Source of the DNA: Candidatus Latescibacterota bacterium
GTDB taxonomy: Bacteria; Latescibacterota; UBA2968; GCA-2709665
Direction: 5' to 3'
Assembly: GCA_963667175.2 (NCBI GenBank)
Contig: CAXXXF010000015.1
Span: 512,001-576,000, forward strand
Length of the DNA: 64,000 nt
In this document: positions 52,657 through 63,397 of the stretch, piece after piece
Layout: every line of letters begins with the position of its first letter
How positions within the stretch are numbered: the stretch's first letter is position 1
The notes under the pieces: generated by a model
What the model was told of the DNA's origin: nothing
What the model saw: only the letters and a program-made list of their open reading frames with translations
Database searches by the model: none
Program-made: the position numbers and the translations under genes

Positions 52657-55374
52657 TCAAAACCCCGAAAACTTCGCATTGCCGATTGAGGTGAGCGAGC
52701 GGTCGGCCGTGTTCAGGAAGGCCGAGGTTCGCAGGCGAAAGCGTACCGTTCCGGGAATCTCGCGGTGCGGGAAGAACAGGTGGCGCATGCCTTCTCCTTC
52801 GACCGCAAATCCGGGGTCGGCTTCCAGCAACACGTGGGTTTCGCTTCCTTCGCACGCGACCCCTCGCACCCGGCATCCGCGGGTCGATCCGTCGCCGAAC
52901 GTGACGATTGACGTTGCGCCGTCCAGCAGGTCGCCCTCGGGCAACTCGCCGGTGACGACGAGCGCGTTGTACGGCGCGCCGGCATCCGCCCTCATCGTAC
53001 CCGTCACTTCCCCCTCATACGCACCCGTGCCTTCGAGTTGGACCTGATTCCACTTCAGCAGCGTGCCGCCCCAGAGTCCCATCAATTCGGGCTGCCCGTC
53101 GCGCACCCTCACGAATCCCACCTCGCCCGCGAGCGACAGAACTCCCCATTCGACGGCCTGCCCTCCCGAATCGCCCGAATACACGATGTGGTCGACAACG
53201 CCGTGGTGCGATATGTTGAGGCCCACCGCGCCCCATTCCAACCTCTCAACACGGACCTCTTCGACAAACGGAGACTCTTCGTACGGCTCGTGTACCGCGG
53301 CGAACAGACTCGAAAAGGGCGCGAGTCCCTTCCTGCGCACCAGAAGGATGGGCATTCGAAACCGGTCCAGGAGCGCGTCGTTCTCCTCCGCCCTGCGAAA
53401 CGATATGGCATCCCCCGCAAACACCTCCGCGCCCGCCTGTTCGGGCAGATGGGTCCGCACGGCGGCTGGCGAGCCGTCCACCGCAAAGGTGATTCTCAGA
53501 CTGTCAGAAGCCTCGCCGCGAGAGACGTTCTGGAAGTACGCGTAGGCGATATTTCGACCTTCGGCGTCGCCCCGGTCCGACTCGCCGGCGGGAAACCGGA
53601 TGTCCACGCCGGGCAGCATGTTTTCGCCGTAGGCCGCGAGGGGAACGCTCACCCTCGCATCCCCGTCCGCATCCGCGCTTCCATGAAGCGCCCAGTCGTG
53701 CTGTGAACCCCCTGTTACGCGAAAAAGGTCCACCGCGTAACCATCCGATTCCCCGGCGCCCACCAGAAGCAGCGCGCGACGGTAGACCTGCGCCACACCG
53801 GGGTACGCCCCCTCCCCGCTCGCTTCCACCCACTTCACCGCATCGAAACCCGGTTCGAAGGCCAGCAGCCGTCCGTCCGAGGGCCCTCGTCTGCCACCTG
53901 AATACTGCCGCTGCTCATCGATAACCACCGTATTGTGACAAAGCGTGCTCGTGCTCCAGACCCGGTGCCGCGTGTGGGTGTACCCGACGTCCGGAAACAG
54001 TTCGCGGCCTTTGGCGAACAGAACCATGTTCAGATTGTCCGCGTGCTGGTGCCCGTAGCCGCCGGAAAAGTGAAGATGAAGCTGCACCTGTTCGTCGCCC
54101 ATGCCACGCCCCAGCCACGCGTGCCCGACTCCCGCCAGCAATGTTGAAACCGAGCGATCGGGTACCTTGAGGTTTCTGAAGTGCGCCCAGTTGTCGTGCA
54201 TGGTCATCTGCCGCCCGTCGGGATACCGGCAGATTTCCAGGATTCGCTCCGCCGAGGCGATCACAGGGATATCCCGTGAGAGTTCCAGGTTGTCCAGGCG
54301 GGTCCCGTTCTCCGGATGGACATAGCCCGGCGGGTCGCTATATCCCCGAACTGCACGGAATACCCTGTTCATTCCACCCATCGTCATCTGATGATAACCT
54401 ACACTGCCCTCCATCCAGAACCCGTCTTCGTAGAACGTCCGTCTGAACAGTTCCCGACTTCGCCTTACGCCTTCATGCACCAGCCCGGGATCCACCAGGA
54501 CCCGGCCGATCACAATGTATCCTTCGTATATTCGCGGCCCCGCATTGCCATAAACGGGCTCGTGAAACCGGTCCTGTCGAATGGCGCCGCGGAAGAAATC
54601 GTCCTCGATACGCGCTTTAACGTCGTCGTCTGTTTCTTCCGAGAGCCGCTCGAGTTCGCCGCTCTCGTAGATCGAATCGTACGCGTAGACCAGGGGCGTG
54701 GGCATCTCGTCATGGCGCCATCGTCCCCACTTTCCGCCGCCGTTGGGATACGGCGGTTCCAGCACGAACCCTTTGGGACGGTGCGGCCAGTCCCTGCTCA
54801 CGAGGAAGCCGGGATAATACCGCGCGAATGCGTCCAGAATCAGCACCGCGCGGCGCGCGTACGCCTGATCGCCCGTCATCTGGTACAGGTCGCCGAGCCG
54901 ATGGGCGACCGTCGAAAAGTACGAACGCGCCTCCCGCCATGCCCTGGCCGAAAAGAGATATCTGTATCCGGTCGCGTCTTCCCAGTAGGGGTATTCCACC
55001 TCCACGCCCACGGGATTGACGACCTTCATCACCCTGTCCTCAGGGTACTGTTCGTTCGGAAACACCATCTCGCAGAACCGGCACTGAACGCGGTGCGGGT
55101 CGGAGATCGTCCATCGCAATTGTCCCTCCTGCGTCCCCTCGTCGCAGTTCGGGCACCCCATGAACCGGAAGCCGGTTTTGTCCGGGACCAGCGCCACCAT
55201 CCCGGCTTCGGACATCGCCATCACTCTGGATACCGATCGCTTCAACGCGTTCACGCGTTTCGCCGACGCCTCAACCGGATAGACCGGGCGGGTCGTTTCC
55301 GCCAGGACCGATCTCGACCAGCCCAGAACAAACATGCAGAACACCGCCAACACCAAAAGGCCCATCCATTCCAT
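52657..55374 (-). CDS. Heparinase II/III-like protein, secreted
   Basis: Signal peptide; DGFWMEGS.GYH, GHQHADNLN, PDVGY, HNTVVID. Confidence 0.85.
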   Translation of the reverse strand: MEWMGLLVLAVFCMFVLGWSRSVLAETTRPVYPVEASAKRVNALKRSVSRVMAMSEAGMVALVPDKTGFRFMGCPNCDEGTQEGQLRWTISDPHRVQCRFCEMVFPNEQYPEDRVMKVVNPVGVEVEYPYWEDATGYRYLFSARAWREARSYFSTVAHRLGDLYQMTGDQAYARRAVLILDAFARYYPGFLVSRDWPHRPKGFVLEPPYPNGGGKWGRWRHDEMPTPLVYAYDSIYESGELERLSEETDDDVKARIEDDFFRGAIRQDRFHEPVYGNAGPRIYEGYIVIGRVLVDPGLVHEGVRRSRELFRRTFYEDGFWMEGSVGYHQMTMGGMNRVFRAVRGYSDPPGYVHPENGTRLDNLELSRDIPVIASAERILEICRYPDGRQMTMHDNWAHFRNLKVPDRSVSTLLAGVGHAWLGRGMGDEQVQLHLHFSGGYGHQHADNLNMVLFAKGRELFPDVGYTHTRHRVWSTSTLCHNTVVIDEQRQYSGGRRGPSDGRLLAFEPGFDAVKWVEASGEGAYPGVAQVYRRALLLVGAGESDGYAVDLFRVTGGSQHDWALHGSADADGDARVSVPLAAYGENMLPGVDIRFPAGESDRGDAEGRNIAYAYFQNVSRGEASDSLRITFAVDGSPAAVRTHLPEQAGAEVFAGDAISFRRAEENDALLDRFRMPILLVRRKGLAPFSSLFAAVHEPYEESPFVEEVRVERLEWGAVGLNISHHGVVDHIVYSGDSGGQAVEWGVLSLAGEVGFVRVRDGQPELMGLWGGTLLKWNQVQLEGTGAYEGEVTGTMRADAGAPYNALVVTGELPEGDLLDGATSIVTFGDGSTRGCRVRGVACEGSETHVLLEADPGFAVEGEGMRHLFFPHREIPGTVRFRLRTSAFLNTADRSLTSIGNAKFSGF

Positions 55375-55476
55375 TCCAGGCCGTCCTTTCTTTTCAACGT
55401 ACTGTCTGTGCCGACAGTACGGATAACAGGTGTTCGGGTACATGGGTAACACTCTCTGAAGTGGAAGCACTCTCCA

Positions 55477-56457
55477 CTATTGTGCGTCGTCCCTGCGAAC
55501 CAGCTTCCAGACGTCCGGAAACATGTTGTTGCCCGCGACCATCCAGAGCGCGTCGCTGTAGACGAACACACTGGCTGCATGGCGTGGGGCCCACGGCGTA
55601 TCCGGCAGTTCGGACCAGTCCACACCATCAGAGCTGTACCACACGTCGTTCCGGTTCCAGCTTCCCGTCGCTTCGTCCATCGAACGATGGGCCGCCTCGT
55701 GAAAACACCCCTCCATCACCCACAGCTTTTCGTCCCAAACGCCAACGTCGTGATACTGGCGAGGGACCCACGGCGCCGTCCGGGTATGCAGTTCCCAATT
55801 GACGCCGTCGCAGGTACTCCAGACGTCGCCGAACGTCTTCCGGCTGTTGATCCGCGGCGTATCGTACGTGCCGCCGCCCAGAATCCAGATCCGGTCCTGA
55901 AAAACGGCGCTGCCGCCAATCATCCCCCTCGGCTCCCACGGCGCGTTTTCCAACACCCGGTTCCAGGTCCGCCCGTCGGCCGAATGCCATACGTCGTTGA
56001 AGAAGACCTCGTCTTCGTCCGCGAACTGCGGGATGGTCTGCCCGCCCATCACCCAGAGGCCGCCGTCGTGAACCGCCGTATAGTGCAATACCCTCGGTCC
56101 CCAGGGTACGGGGTCGCACACCAGTTCCCAGTCCACGCCGTCGGAACTTCGCCACACGTCGTTCTGATAGTGTCCCTGGTTGCAGTCTCCGCCCACGATC
56201 CACATGTGACCGTCGTGGACCGCGTATCCCGCGGTGTGGCGGCCCTCCCAGGGCGCCTCCTCGTTCACCTCGATCCAGGTTAACCCATCGACGGAACTCC
56301 ATACCTCGCTGTTGCAGATGATTGGGAAATTGACCTTGTCACGCGGATTCCAGCCGCCCAGCAGCCACATTTTGTCCTGAAACACCAGCGCGCCCGCGCC
56401 ATCCCGGCCCGCGAACGCGGCATCTTCCGTTACGCATACCCATTCATATTCGGACAT
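55477..56457 (-). CDS. Kelch-like beta-propeller protein
   Basis: Repeats PW..R.....V....MW..GG......NDVW.S.DG..W. Confidence 0.85.
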   Translation of the reverse strand: MSEYEWVCVTEDAAFAGRDGAGALVFQDKMWLLGGWNPRDKVNFPIICNSEVWSSVDGLTWIEVNEEAPWEGRHTAGYAVHDGHMWIVGGDCNQGHYQNDVWRSSDGVDWELVCDPVPWGPRVLHYTAVHDGGLWVMGGQTIPQFADEDEVFFNDVWHSADGRTWNRVLENAPWEPRGMIGGSAVFQDRIWILGGGTYDTPRINSRKTFGDVWSTCDGVNWELHTRTAPWVPRQYHDVGVWDEKLWVMEGCFHEAAHRSMDEATGSWNRNDVWYSSDGVDWSELPDTPWAPRHAASVFVYSDALWMVAGNNMFPDVWKLVRRDDAQ

Positions 56458-56689
56458 AAAACCCTCCCGGTTTCACGATTCAAGATCGCTACCAATACGT
56501 CTCGTACTTTTCCCTGCAAAGAAAAAAGCCTCGCCACGGAGCATGCCTCGGGCGGGACGTTTATTACGCTGAGTAATTCGAGATTTCTATTTCCGGTCAG
56601 ATCGCATAACGGCGAATAAACACACTTTGGAATTAACCTCTTGGAAAACAAAGGCTTTAGATCTCCCACCAACTCTCATTTTCTCTTCG

Positions 56690-57120
56690 TCCTTTTTCTT
56701 GTACGCCCAAGAAAAAGGACCAAAAAGAACGGCGCCGCTCGGCGCGGGGCCGGTTTTTCCGTGAACCTGCTCAGTGGCGGAAATTGAAATTGGTTGCCCT
56801 TTCACCTGAACCTCCCGCCCGAGCGATGTTGCCGGACGGAATAGCACGGAAAAACCCCACACACACCACCGCGCGGAAGGAACGTCGTCCGGAGAGTTCA
56901 TCCTTGTGGATTTGCGTGGGTCCGCCGTTGGTCTTTTGTCTTTGCTTCAAGCTGATGGCTGATAACTGACAGCTTTTCGCTGCCTTTTGGCTTCGTAGGG
57001 GCAACCCTTGTGGTTGCCCGCTTTTTGATTGCTTCCCTTTGTGTCTTTGTGTCTCCGTGTGAGCTGTTTTTCGCTTTTGACTCAAGCTGACTGCTGATAG
57101 CTGATAGCTGACCGCTGCTT
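56690..57120. repeat. Composite intergenic repeat region
   Basis: TCCTTTTTCTTG..CAAGAAAAAGGA hairpin, GGTTTTTCCGTG/CACGGAAAAACC inverted pair, GTAG REP (56995), a CTTTGTGTCTTTGTGTCTCCGTGTGAGC block shared with 34676, and heptamer array. Confidence 0.65.
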
Positions 57121-57122
57121 TT

Positions 57123-58178
57123 CTACCACCCCTGCCGTCCCACGTAAAGTCCCCGATTCTTCATGGGCAACCGGACGCGGACGCCGCCCAGTCGATGGGA
57201 CTCGATAAAGCCCATGATCATCTCCTGGCTGCGCCGGGCCAACTGGATCGGCCCACTGGTCTCGCGGTTGTCATCCAGCGCCTCGGCGATATCCCTGAGT
57301 CCGTTCACCGTACCACTTTCCCTCGGTGCCTCGGGAAACGGCCGCTCTTTCAGCGCACGCGGCGCGCCGGAGGCCTGCCGGAACTGACAGGTCATCCCGT
57401 TGTCGAACGTCCTCAGCTTTCCGCCGGAGCCGCAAAGCTCGAATTCCGCTCCGCTGCCGGCCGCTACATAACCCAGGACGCCGTTGTGAAACCGCACGAA
57501 CCCGGCCGCCACGCCCGGGTCCACGTTCAGCCGGTTGTCGTCCCAGTCCCCATCCTCACACACAATGGTTCCCTGAACGAAATCGATCTCCGGATCGCCC
57601 GCGAGATACAACATCATATCCGATCCGTGGGTGAGCCCCCACAACGCGGCGGTCACCCCCTGCTGCACGATCACGGCCTGGATCGTCCCCAATTCGCCCG
57701 CGTCGGCCAGTTCCCGCATTTTCTGATAGATCGGAATATACCGGCGCTGGGCGCCGTAATTGAACTTCGTTCCATTCCGCTCTACCGCCGCCACCATCGC
57801 GTCGGCTTCCTCCATCGAGCAGCAAAGCGGCTTTTCGCAATAGATCCCCTCTACGCCATGGTCAGCCGCGAACACGGTCATCTCCGAGTGGGTTGCGGGG
57901 CGCGTGGCGATACACACGATATCCGGATTCTCTTTGTCGATCATCTCCCGGTAGTCGGTGTAGCAGACCGGAACGTTGTACCGTTCCCGAATCGACTCCG
58001 CCTTCCCGGCCACCACGTCCGAGACCGCAATCAGTTCCGTCCGCTCGCAGGCCACGGCGGCCGCGGCGTGCGAGTACGGAATCCAGAGGTTGCTGTCGGG
58101 ATGGTCGCGCACTTCATCGTCGATGGTCGCCCCCATCCGTCCGCATCCGATCAGCGCCGTACGATAACGATCCGCCAT
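57123..58178 (-). CDS. Gfo/Idh/MocA family oxidoreductase
   Basis: IGCGRMG, DIVCIAT, CEKP. Confidence 0.9.
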   Translation of the reverse strand: MADRYRTALIGCGRMGATIDDEVRDHPDSNLWIPYSHAAAAVACERTELIAVSDVVAGKAESIRERYNVPVCYTDYREMIDKENPDIVCIATRPATHSEMTVFAADHGVEGIYCEKPLCCSMEEADAMVAAVERNGTKFNYGAQRRYIPIYQKMRELADAGELGTIQAVIVQQGVTAALWGLTHGSDMMLYLAGDPEIDFVQGTIVCEDGDWDDNRLNVDPGVAAGFVRFHNGVLGYVAAGSGAEFELCGSGGKLRTFDNGMTCQFRQASGAPRALKERPFPEAPRESGTVNGLRDIAEALDDNRETSGPIQLARRSQEMIMGFIESHRLGGVRVRLPMKNRGLYVGRQGW

Positions 58179-58203
58179 TTTCCTGTCCTCGTGTTGATGG
58201 GTG

Positions 58204-59769
58204 TCACTCCACCGCGTTTGACCGCATCTCCGCCCGCAGGGGGCCGAACATCCCGTGGCCCCATTGGACATCCGCGTCTATTGCCGCCTCCGCCCGCCCG
58301 GCGGGGACCGGCGCCGTGCCCAGCAGCCGCCCGTCCTGAGCGATGCCGATCCTCTCCTCTCCGATGGTGAATTCAAGCGTCGTGGGCTTTCCCGTCCAGG
58401 CAACCGGCACGGACACGCTGCCCGGTTTCCTCACCCGGTAGACCATGCGGTACTGGTTCCACACCTCGTCATCGTGCAGGAACGAATGCCGCATGTCACG
58501 CACGGGACAGCCCTTGGCGCTAACCGACAGAAACATGGCGTCCCCATTCGGCGCCAGCCCGGTCACGCGTTGTCCCCAGTCGTTGATTACCAGGTCGGTA
58601 CCATGTTTTTCGTTGTACGCGACCACACGGTCTTCGTAGGGATGATTCATCGTGTCCGTAATCGGAGGGTTCCGGAACATCCGTTTCACGAAATGCCACG
58701 CATTTCCGTGCGCGTCGTACCGCCACAATTCCGACCAGGGCCATACCCCCACGTAGAGGTCCCCTCCGTAAATCGCGGTTGTCTGCGCCTCCCGCACACT
58801 GCCGGATACGCCCGGCATCACCGGCGGCGAGTTCTCCAGGTGGCGAAGTTCCATGCCGTCGTACTTGAACAGGTTTCCCGTGGGGTACTGTGCGATCAGC
58901 ATCTCGTCGTACCAGTTCAACATCGAATACAGCTGAAAACTCACGCCCGCAAGCGACGCGCGGACGATCTTCCACCCGGATCCGTCGAAAACGTAAACGC
59001 CGCCCATATTGGACGAATTCACGATCTCATCTCCGAGTTGTCCGATGGAAAACGGCGTCTCCTGCGGATACTTCAGCTCGAGCGTCACCGCCTGATCCAG
59101 GTCGACCGGTCCATCTCCCGGCTTCCAGGGGACCGCGTACAGCGTGGTATACGGCTGGTCCGAATCGTGGTCCTTGTGGAAAAACGCAAGATGGCCCAGG
59201 GCGTAATAGAAGTGGTGATAGCGTCCAGACGCGGGCTTTTCCACGACCTGCTCTCCGTCGTACCAGGCCTCGCCTTCCTTGAACTGGAATATCTTTCCGG
59301 CAACCCGCATTTTTCCGTCGCCCGCCACGGTTTCGCCCACGCCGAAGCTCTCGTCCACCTGCCAGCGGCCTGCCTCGTCGTCCCACCATCGCGCGGTCCT
59401 GTCCTGGTGATAGCTGCACGAATACACCCGGCCATCCAGATCGAAAAGGTAGCTGCCGCCGTCCTCCGTGGAGGGCGGCAGGGCCTCGAATGTCTCCTCT
59501 GGCTCGTCGTCGCGGAGGAAAAACTGGAGCGTGAACCGATCCATCCTGAACGCGGTGTTGTAGACGCCCACAAAGCCCGCCCCCATCACCACACGGCCCT
59601 CCGAGTCGCGGGCTTCGAAGAGGGAACCCCAATTTTGCCCGACGTCCTGACCGAAATCAATCGTTGTTGTAATCTGCATCAGCGGTCTCTCCTCGGCATG
59701 CCCCGGCTTCGGCCAGAGCAGCAGTGTAAAAAGGATCCAGTTCGTCGTCCGACGGTTTAAAACGGCCAT
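58204..59769 (-). CDS. Secreted hypothetical protein (probable beta-propeller)
   Basis: Start moved to MAVLNRR (signal-peptide-like); beta-rich GGVYVFDG / GNLFKYDG / ELWRYD repeats. Confidence 0.7.
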   Translation of the reverse strand: MAVLNRRTTNWILFTLLLWPKPGHAEERPLMQITTTIDFGQDVGQNWGSLFEARDSEGRVVMGAGFVGVYNTAFRMDRFTLQFFLRDDEPEETFEALPPSTEDGGSYLFDLDGRVYSCSYHQDRTARWWDDEAGRWQVDESFGVGETVAGDGKMRVAGKIFQFKEGEAWYDGEQVVEKPASGRYHHFYYALGHLAFFHKDHDSDQPYTTLYAVPWKPGDGPVDLDQAVTLELKYPQETPFSIGQLGDEIVNSSNMGGVYVFDGSGWKIVRASLAGVSFQLYSMLNWYDEMLIAQYPTGNLFKYDGMELRHLENSPPVMPGVSGSVREAQTTAIYGGDLYVGVWPWSELWRYDAHGNAWHFVKRMFRNPPITDTMNHPYEDRVVAYNEKHGTDLVINDWGQRVTGLAPNGDAMFLSVSAKGCPVRDMRHSFLHDDEVWNQYRMVYRVRKPGSVSVPVAWTGKPTTLEFTIGEERIGIAQDGRLLGTAPVPAGRAEAAIDADVQWGHGMFGPLRAEMRSNAVE

Positions 59770-59771
59770 GG

Positions 59772-60734
59772 TCAGAAAGCCAGCACAACCTTTACCGCGC
59801 CGTCCGTCTCCGGATGCTCGAACGCCAGTTCGAATGCTTCCTGAATCCTTTCGAACGGCATCAGGTGCGTCAGAATCGGCCGCACGTCCAGCCGGCCCTG
59901 TGTGATCCAGTCCAGCGCAAGCGTATAGTCCAGGCCCGGATTCGGACCGACCGACGTCACGATCTGCAGTTCCTTCCTGAACATATTCATAAACGAGAGC
60001 GTCATCCGTCCTTCGGCATTCTCCTTGTTCGGCACCCCGAAGTATACCAGCGTGCCGTCCTGGCGAAGCAGGTCGCCGCACAGGTTGAACGTGGATTCCC
60101 TGCCCACGGCCTCCACCGCAAGGTCCACCATCTCTCCGTCGGTAATCACCGCGACAGCGTCCTCAAGATCGCACGTCTCAGGATCGATGGTATGGGTCGC
60201 CCCCATCTTCGAGGACACCGCAAGCCGGTGGGGGAGCGGATCCACGCCGATAATGGTCCTTGCGCCCAGGTTGCGCAACGTGGCATTGAACAGTTGTCCG
60301 ACCGGTCCCTGCCCCATCACCAGCGCCTTCCTGTTGATCACGTTTCCCAGCTTGTAAAAGCAATGGATGACCGTCCCCAGCAACTGGCTCATCAGCGCCA
60401 CTTCCGGGTCGACGTCCTTTGGAAGCATCACGCACGCGGTCGGATCGGCCAGCACGTATTCCTGGAACAGGCCCCGGTCGAAGCCCCATAGCAGCACACG
60501 GTCCCCGGCATTGAAGGCCTCCGTCGGACACGCCTCGACGATCCCAAGGCCTTCGTGCCCCGTTTGCCCAACCGCCATGGGATAGGACGTATCCACACCA
60601 CAAAAGGCCGGCTTGTCCGTTCCGCATATCCCCACCCGCTCCAGGCGGACAAGCATCAACTCCCCTTTTGCCTCGGGTCTCTCCACCTCGGCAAGCTCCC
60701 ACTGACGGGGCGCAACCAATCTAGCCGCTCTCAT
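59772..60734 (-). CDS. Zinc-binding (MDR) alcohol dehydrogenase
   Basis: GICGTD, GHEG.G, GQGPVG. Confidence 0.9.
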   Translation of the reverse strand: MRAARLVAPRQWELAEVERPEAKGELMLVRLERVGICGTDKPAFCGVDTSYPMAVGQTGHEGLGIVEACPTEAFNAGDRVLLWGFDRGLFQEYVLADPTACVMLPKDVDPEVALMSQLLGTVIHCFYKLGNVINRKALVMGQGPVGQLFNATLRNLGARTIIGVDPLPHRLAVSSKMGATHTIDPETCDLEDAVAVITDGEMVDLAVEAVGRESTFNLCGDLLRQDGTLVYFGVPNKENAEGRMTLSFMNMFRKELQIVTSVGPNPGLDYTLALDWITQGRLDVRPILTHLMPFERIQEAFELAFEHPETDGAVKVVLAF

Positions 60735-60795
60735 CCATCCCGACCTTTCTGTTCGTATCAGAACCCATCCTGACGTCCCTTTACTGTCTTGACAT

Positions 60796-62052
60796 CTACT
60801 CCCATACGGGCCAGTCCTGCGCCTGAAGCCGCTTCCACAACCGGTCGAACGCCTCGCTTCCGTCGTCCTCCCACTCGTCCAGGCGCACGCCGGTCGCAAA
60901 GGACTCGTCCACGCCCTCTTTCATCAACCGCTCCGCCTGCTGCAGATTCCGATAATAGTGCTTGACGCCGCCGGGGAACGTCACCACGGACAGATGCCTG
61001 GACCAATCCGCCGCGGGCGTCTGCCGGTATTTCGCGACGGCATCCTCGTCCAGCGTGACGCCCAGCCCGGGCGCCTCCGGGACTTTCATGAAGCCGCGCT
61101 GGACGACATGCGGGGTCGCAATCAGGTCGTCCTCGTACGAGTGGCCGGCCGTCACCCCCGGCAACGTCGCCGTCGGCATGACAGCGCCCAGTTGAAGCGC
61201 GAACGCCGTTGTGATTCCCGTTCCCACGTATTGCAGCAGGATCGGCGTATTCGCCGCGGCGAACGTCCAGCCCGCGGCCAGCGCGTCCCGCACGCACTCG
61301 TGGCTGCATAACGCGCCTTCGAAGTCGCCGGCGCGAAGCCCCGTCCACGGGCCGGACGGCTGCCGGGACGCGGCCTCGGAAAGCACGCGCACGCCGTGCA
61401 GATAGAAGGGGATTCGGATCTCCCGGTGCAGCCTGCGCCATCCGTCGATGTCGTACGCGAAGATCGGCTCCTCGACGCCTTTGACAACGGGGATTCTTTC
61501 CAGCGCCCTCAGCACAGGCAGCGCCTTCTCGACGCATATCAACGCGCCGTTGAAATCGAACTCCACGCGGAAATCCGGCGGCGCCGCCTCCTGAATCGCC
61601 TGCGCGCATTCCACCACGTCGTAAAACGCGCGGGCTTTGCATTTCAGCCCGCGGTACCCGCGATCCGCCGCCGCCCTGACTTCCGCCGCCGTATCCTCAG
61701 GCGACATGCAGGGCATCCACCACCCCATCGCCACCCATTGACGCGCCTGCTGTCCCATCACCTTCCACGCGGGCAGCCCCAGGTGCTTCCCCATGAGATC
61801 GTAACACGCCATATCCAGATTGAACCGCCCACGACCCATCACGTGGTCGAAGGGATCCGTCCCGATATAGGCGTCCAGCGCCTCACGCTCCAGCGGCGGT
61901 CCGGGATTCTCGCCCAACCCGTCGAGCCCGGTGTCCGTATGAAACCGGTATACCGTGACTTCCTCCGTCATCGCGAAGTGATGGTACGCCTTCCGGATTC
62001 GGGCTACATAGGGAACCCGAAGGGGAATCACCTCGACGTCCGTAATTCTCAT
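60796..62052 (-). CDS. Mandelate racemase/muconate lactonising enzyme (enolase superfamily)
   Basis: DMACYDL.GK, KCK, EFDFN, EEP, PGLGV.LD. Confidence 0.88.
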   Translation of the reverse strand: MRITDVEVIPLRVPYVARIRKAYHHFAMTEEVTVYRFHTDTGLDGLGENPGPPLEREALDAYIGTDPFDHVMGRGRFNLDMACYDLMGKHLGLPAWKVMGQQARQWVAMGWWMPCMSPEDTAAEVRAAADRGYRGLKCKARAFYDVVECAQAIQEAAPPDFRVEFDFNGALICVEKALPVLRALERIPVVKGVEEPIFAYDIDGWRRLHREIRIPFYLHGVRVLSEAASRQPSGPWTGLRAGDFEGALCSHECVRDALAAGWTFAAANTPILLQYVGTGITTAFALQLGAVMPTATLPGVTAGHSYEDDLIATPHVVQRGFMKVPEAPGLGVTLDEDAVAKYRQTPAADWSRHLSVVTFPGGVKHYYRNLQQAERLMKEGVDESFATGVRLDEWEDDGSEAFDRLWKRLQAQDWPVWE

Positions 62053-62202
62053 CGGTATCGTCCTTGCCAAAGCGATCGGGAGGCACGCGCAAGGCCCGCC
62101 GTCCTGCTACAATGCTTGAATTTCGCGAGGTGCGGTGGTATATATAATGCGGGGAGAGGTAAGACGTGAGACGTAAGAGGACCTCTCCAGCCCCGGTGCC
62201 TG

Positions 62203-62340
62203 GTGTACTTCAACGGCAGCTATGTTTCCGAACGGGACGCGCGGATCTCCATTTTCGACTCGGATCTCATGTTCGGTGACATGGTATTTGAAATGACCCG
62301 TTCATTCAAGCAAAAACCCTACTGCTTGCGCAATCACCAC
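62203..62340 (+). pseudogene. Branched-chain aminotransferase (class IV) 5' fragment
   Basis: YFNG.YV....ARISIFD....FGD.VFE..RSF...P..L..H, then homology is lost at a C-rich tract. Confidence 0.7.
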
Positions 62341-62380
62341 AACCCCCATACCCCCAACCCCGTTAATTGGAGCGACGTCG

Positions 62381-63397
62381 ATGTCCACCTACCGAGCGGC
62401 CCTCATCGGTTGCGGCAACGTCTCCGGCCGCCACGCGCGAGCCTACCTCGAACAGGGCAACGTCGAGCTTGTTGCCGCCTGCGACATCAACCCGGAGAAT
62501 CTCAACAGAACCTGCGACGATCTGAACATTCCCGGTCGCTACGCTTCTCACCAGGATCTCTTCGAGCGCGAGTCCGACGTGGATCTGGTCAGCGTATGCA
62601 CGTACCCGAAGGTCCACGCCGAACAGTCCATCGCCGCCGCAAACGCCGGCGCAAAAGGCGTACTGTGTGAAAAACCCATGTGTCTGAGTCTGGACGAAGC
62701 CGACGCCATGATCCGCGCCTGCCGGCAGAGCAATACGCGGCTGGTCATTGCCCACCGCCACCGCCAGAGCCCCAACTTCAACAAGGCGCGAGCCCTGATC
62801 GCCGAAGGCGCCATTGGAGAACCCCGCCTGGTCTGGAGTTATCTCACCAGTTGCCTGGTGGACAACGGCACCCATATTGTGGACATGATGCGCTACCTTC
62901 TGGGCGATCCGGAGGCGGACTGGGTAATGGGACAGGCTTCCCGCAAACGCGACACCCTGTATCAGGGCTCGCCCGCCGAAGAATCCAGCATGGGGCTTGT
63001 CGCCTTCAAGACCGGGACCCGCGCCTTCCTCGAGATGGGCGAAAAGACGCCGGAAAACGGGTTCCGCTTTCGCGTTCTGGGAAGCGAAGGGACATTGGAG
63101 GCCGCCCTCGACGAGGTGATCCTCGCGGACAAGAATGGCATCTCACGCTTTCGCGAGGAACCCAGACCCGGCTTCGTCGAACAGACCCGGGAGATGATCG
63201 CGTGGCTGGAAGGCGGACCCGAGCACCGGAGTTCAGCCGAACAAGGCCGGGCCGCAACCGAACTCCTGATGGCGATGCACGAATCCGCCCGGATCGGCGA
63301 ACTGATCGAGCTGCCACTCAAGATTGGTTACGATCCGATGAGGAAGAGGGCGGATGAAAGGCAGCCATCAGCAGTCAGCGGTCAGCCATCAGCTTGA
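62381..63397 (+). CDS. Gfo/Idh/MocA family oxidoreductase
   Basis: IGCG, CEKPM, DNGTH.VD; the C-terminal tail is encoded by the heptamer repeat. Confidence 0.9.
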   Translation: MSTYRAALIGCGNVSGRHARAYLEQGNVELVAACDINPENLNRTCDDLNIPGRYASHQDLFERESDVDLVSVCTYPKVHAEQSIAAANAGAKGVLCEKPMCLSLDEADAMIRACRQSNTRLVIAHRHRQSPNFNKARALIAEGAIGEPRLVWSYLTSCLVDNGTHIVDMMRYLLGDPEADWVMGQASRKRDTLYQGSPAEESSMGLVAFKTGTRAFLEMGEKTPENGFRFRVLGSEGTLEAALDEVILADKNGISRFREEPRPGFVEQTREMIAWLEGGPEHRSSAEQGRAATELLMAMHESARIGELIELPLKIGYDPMRKRADERQPSAVSGQPSA

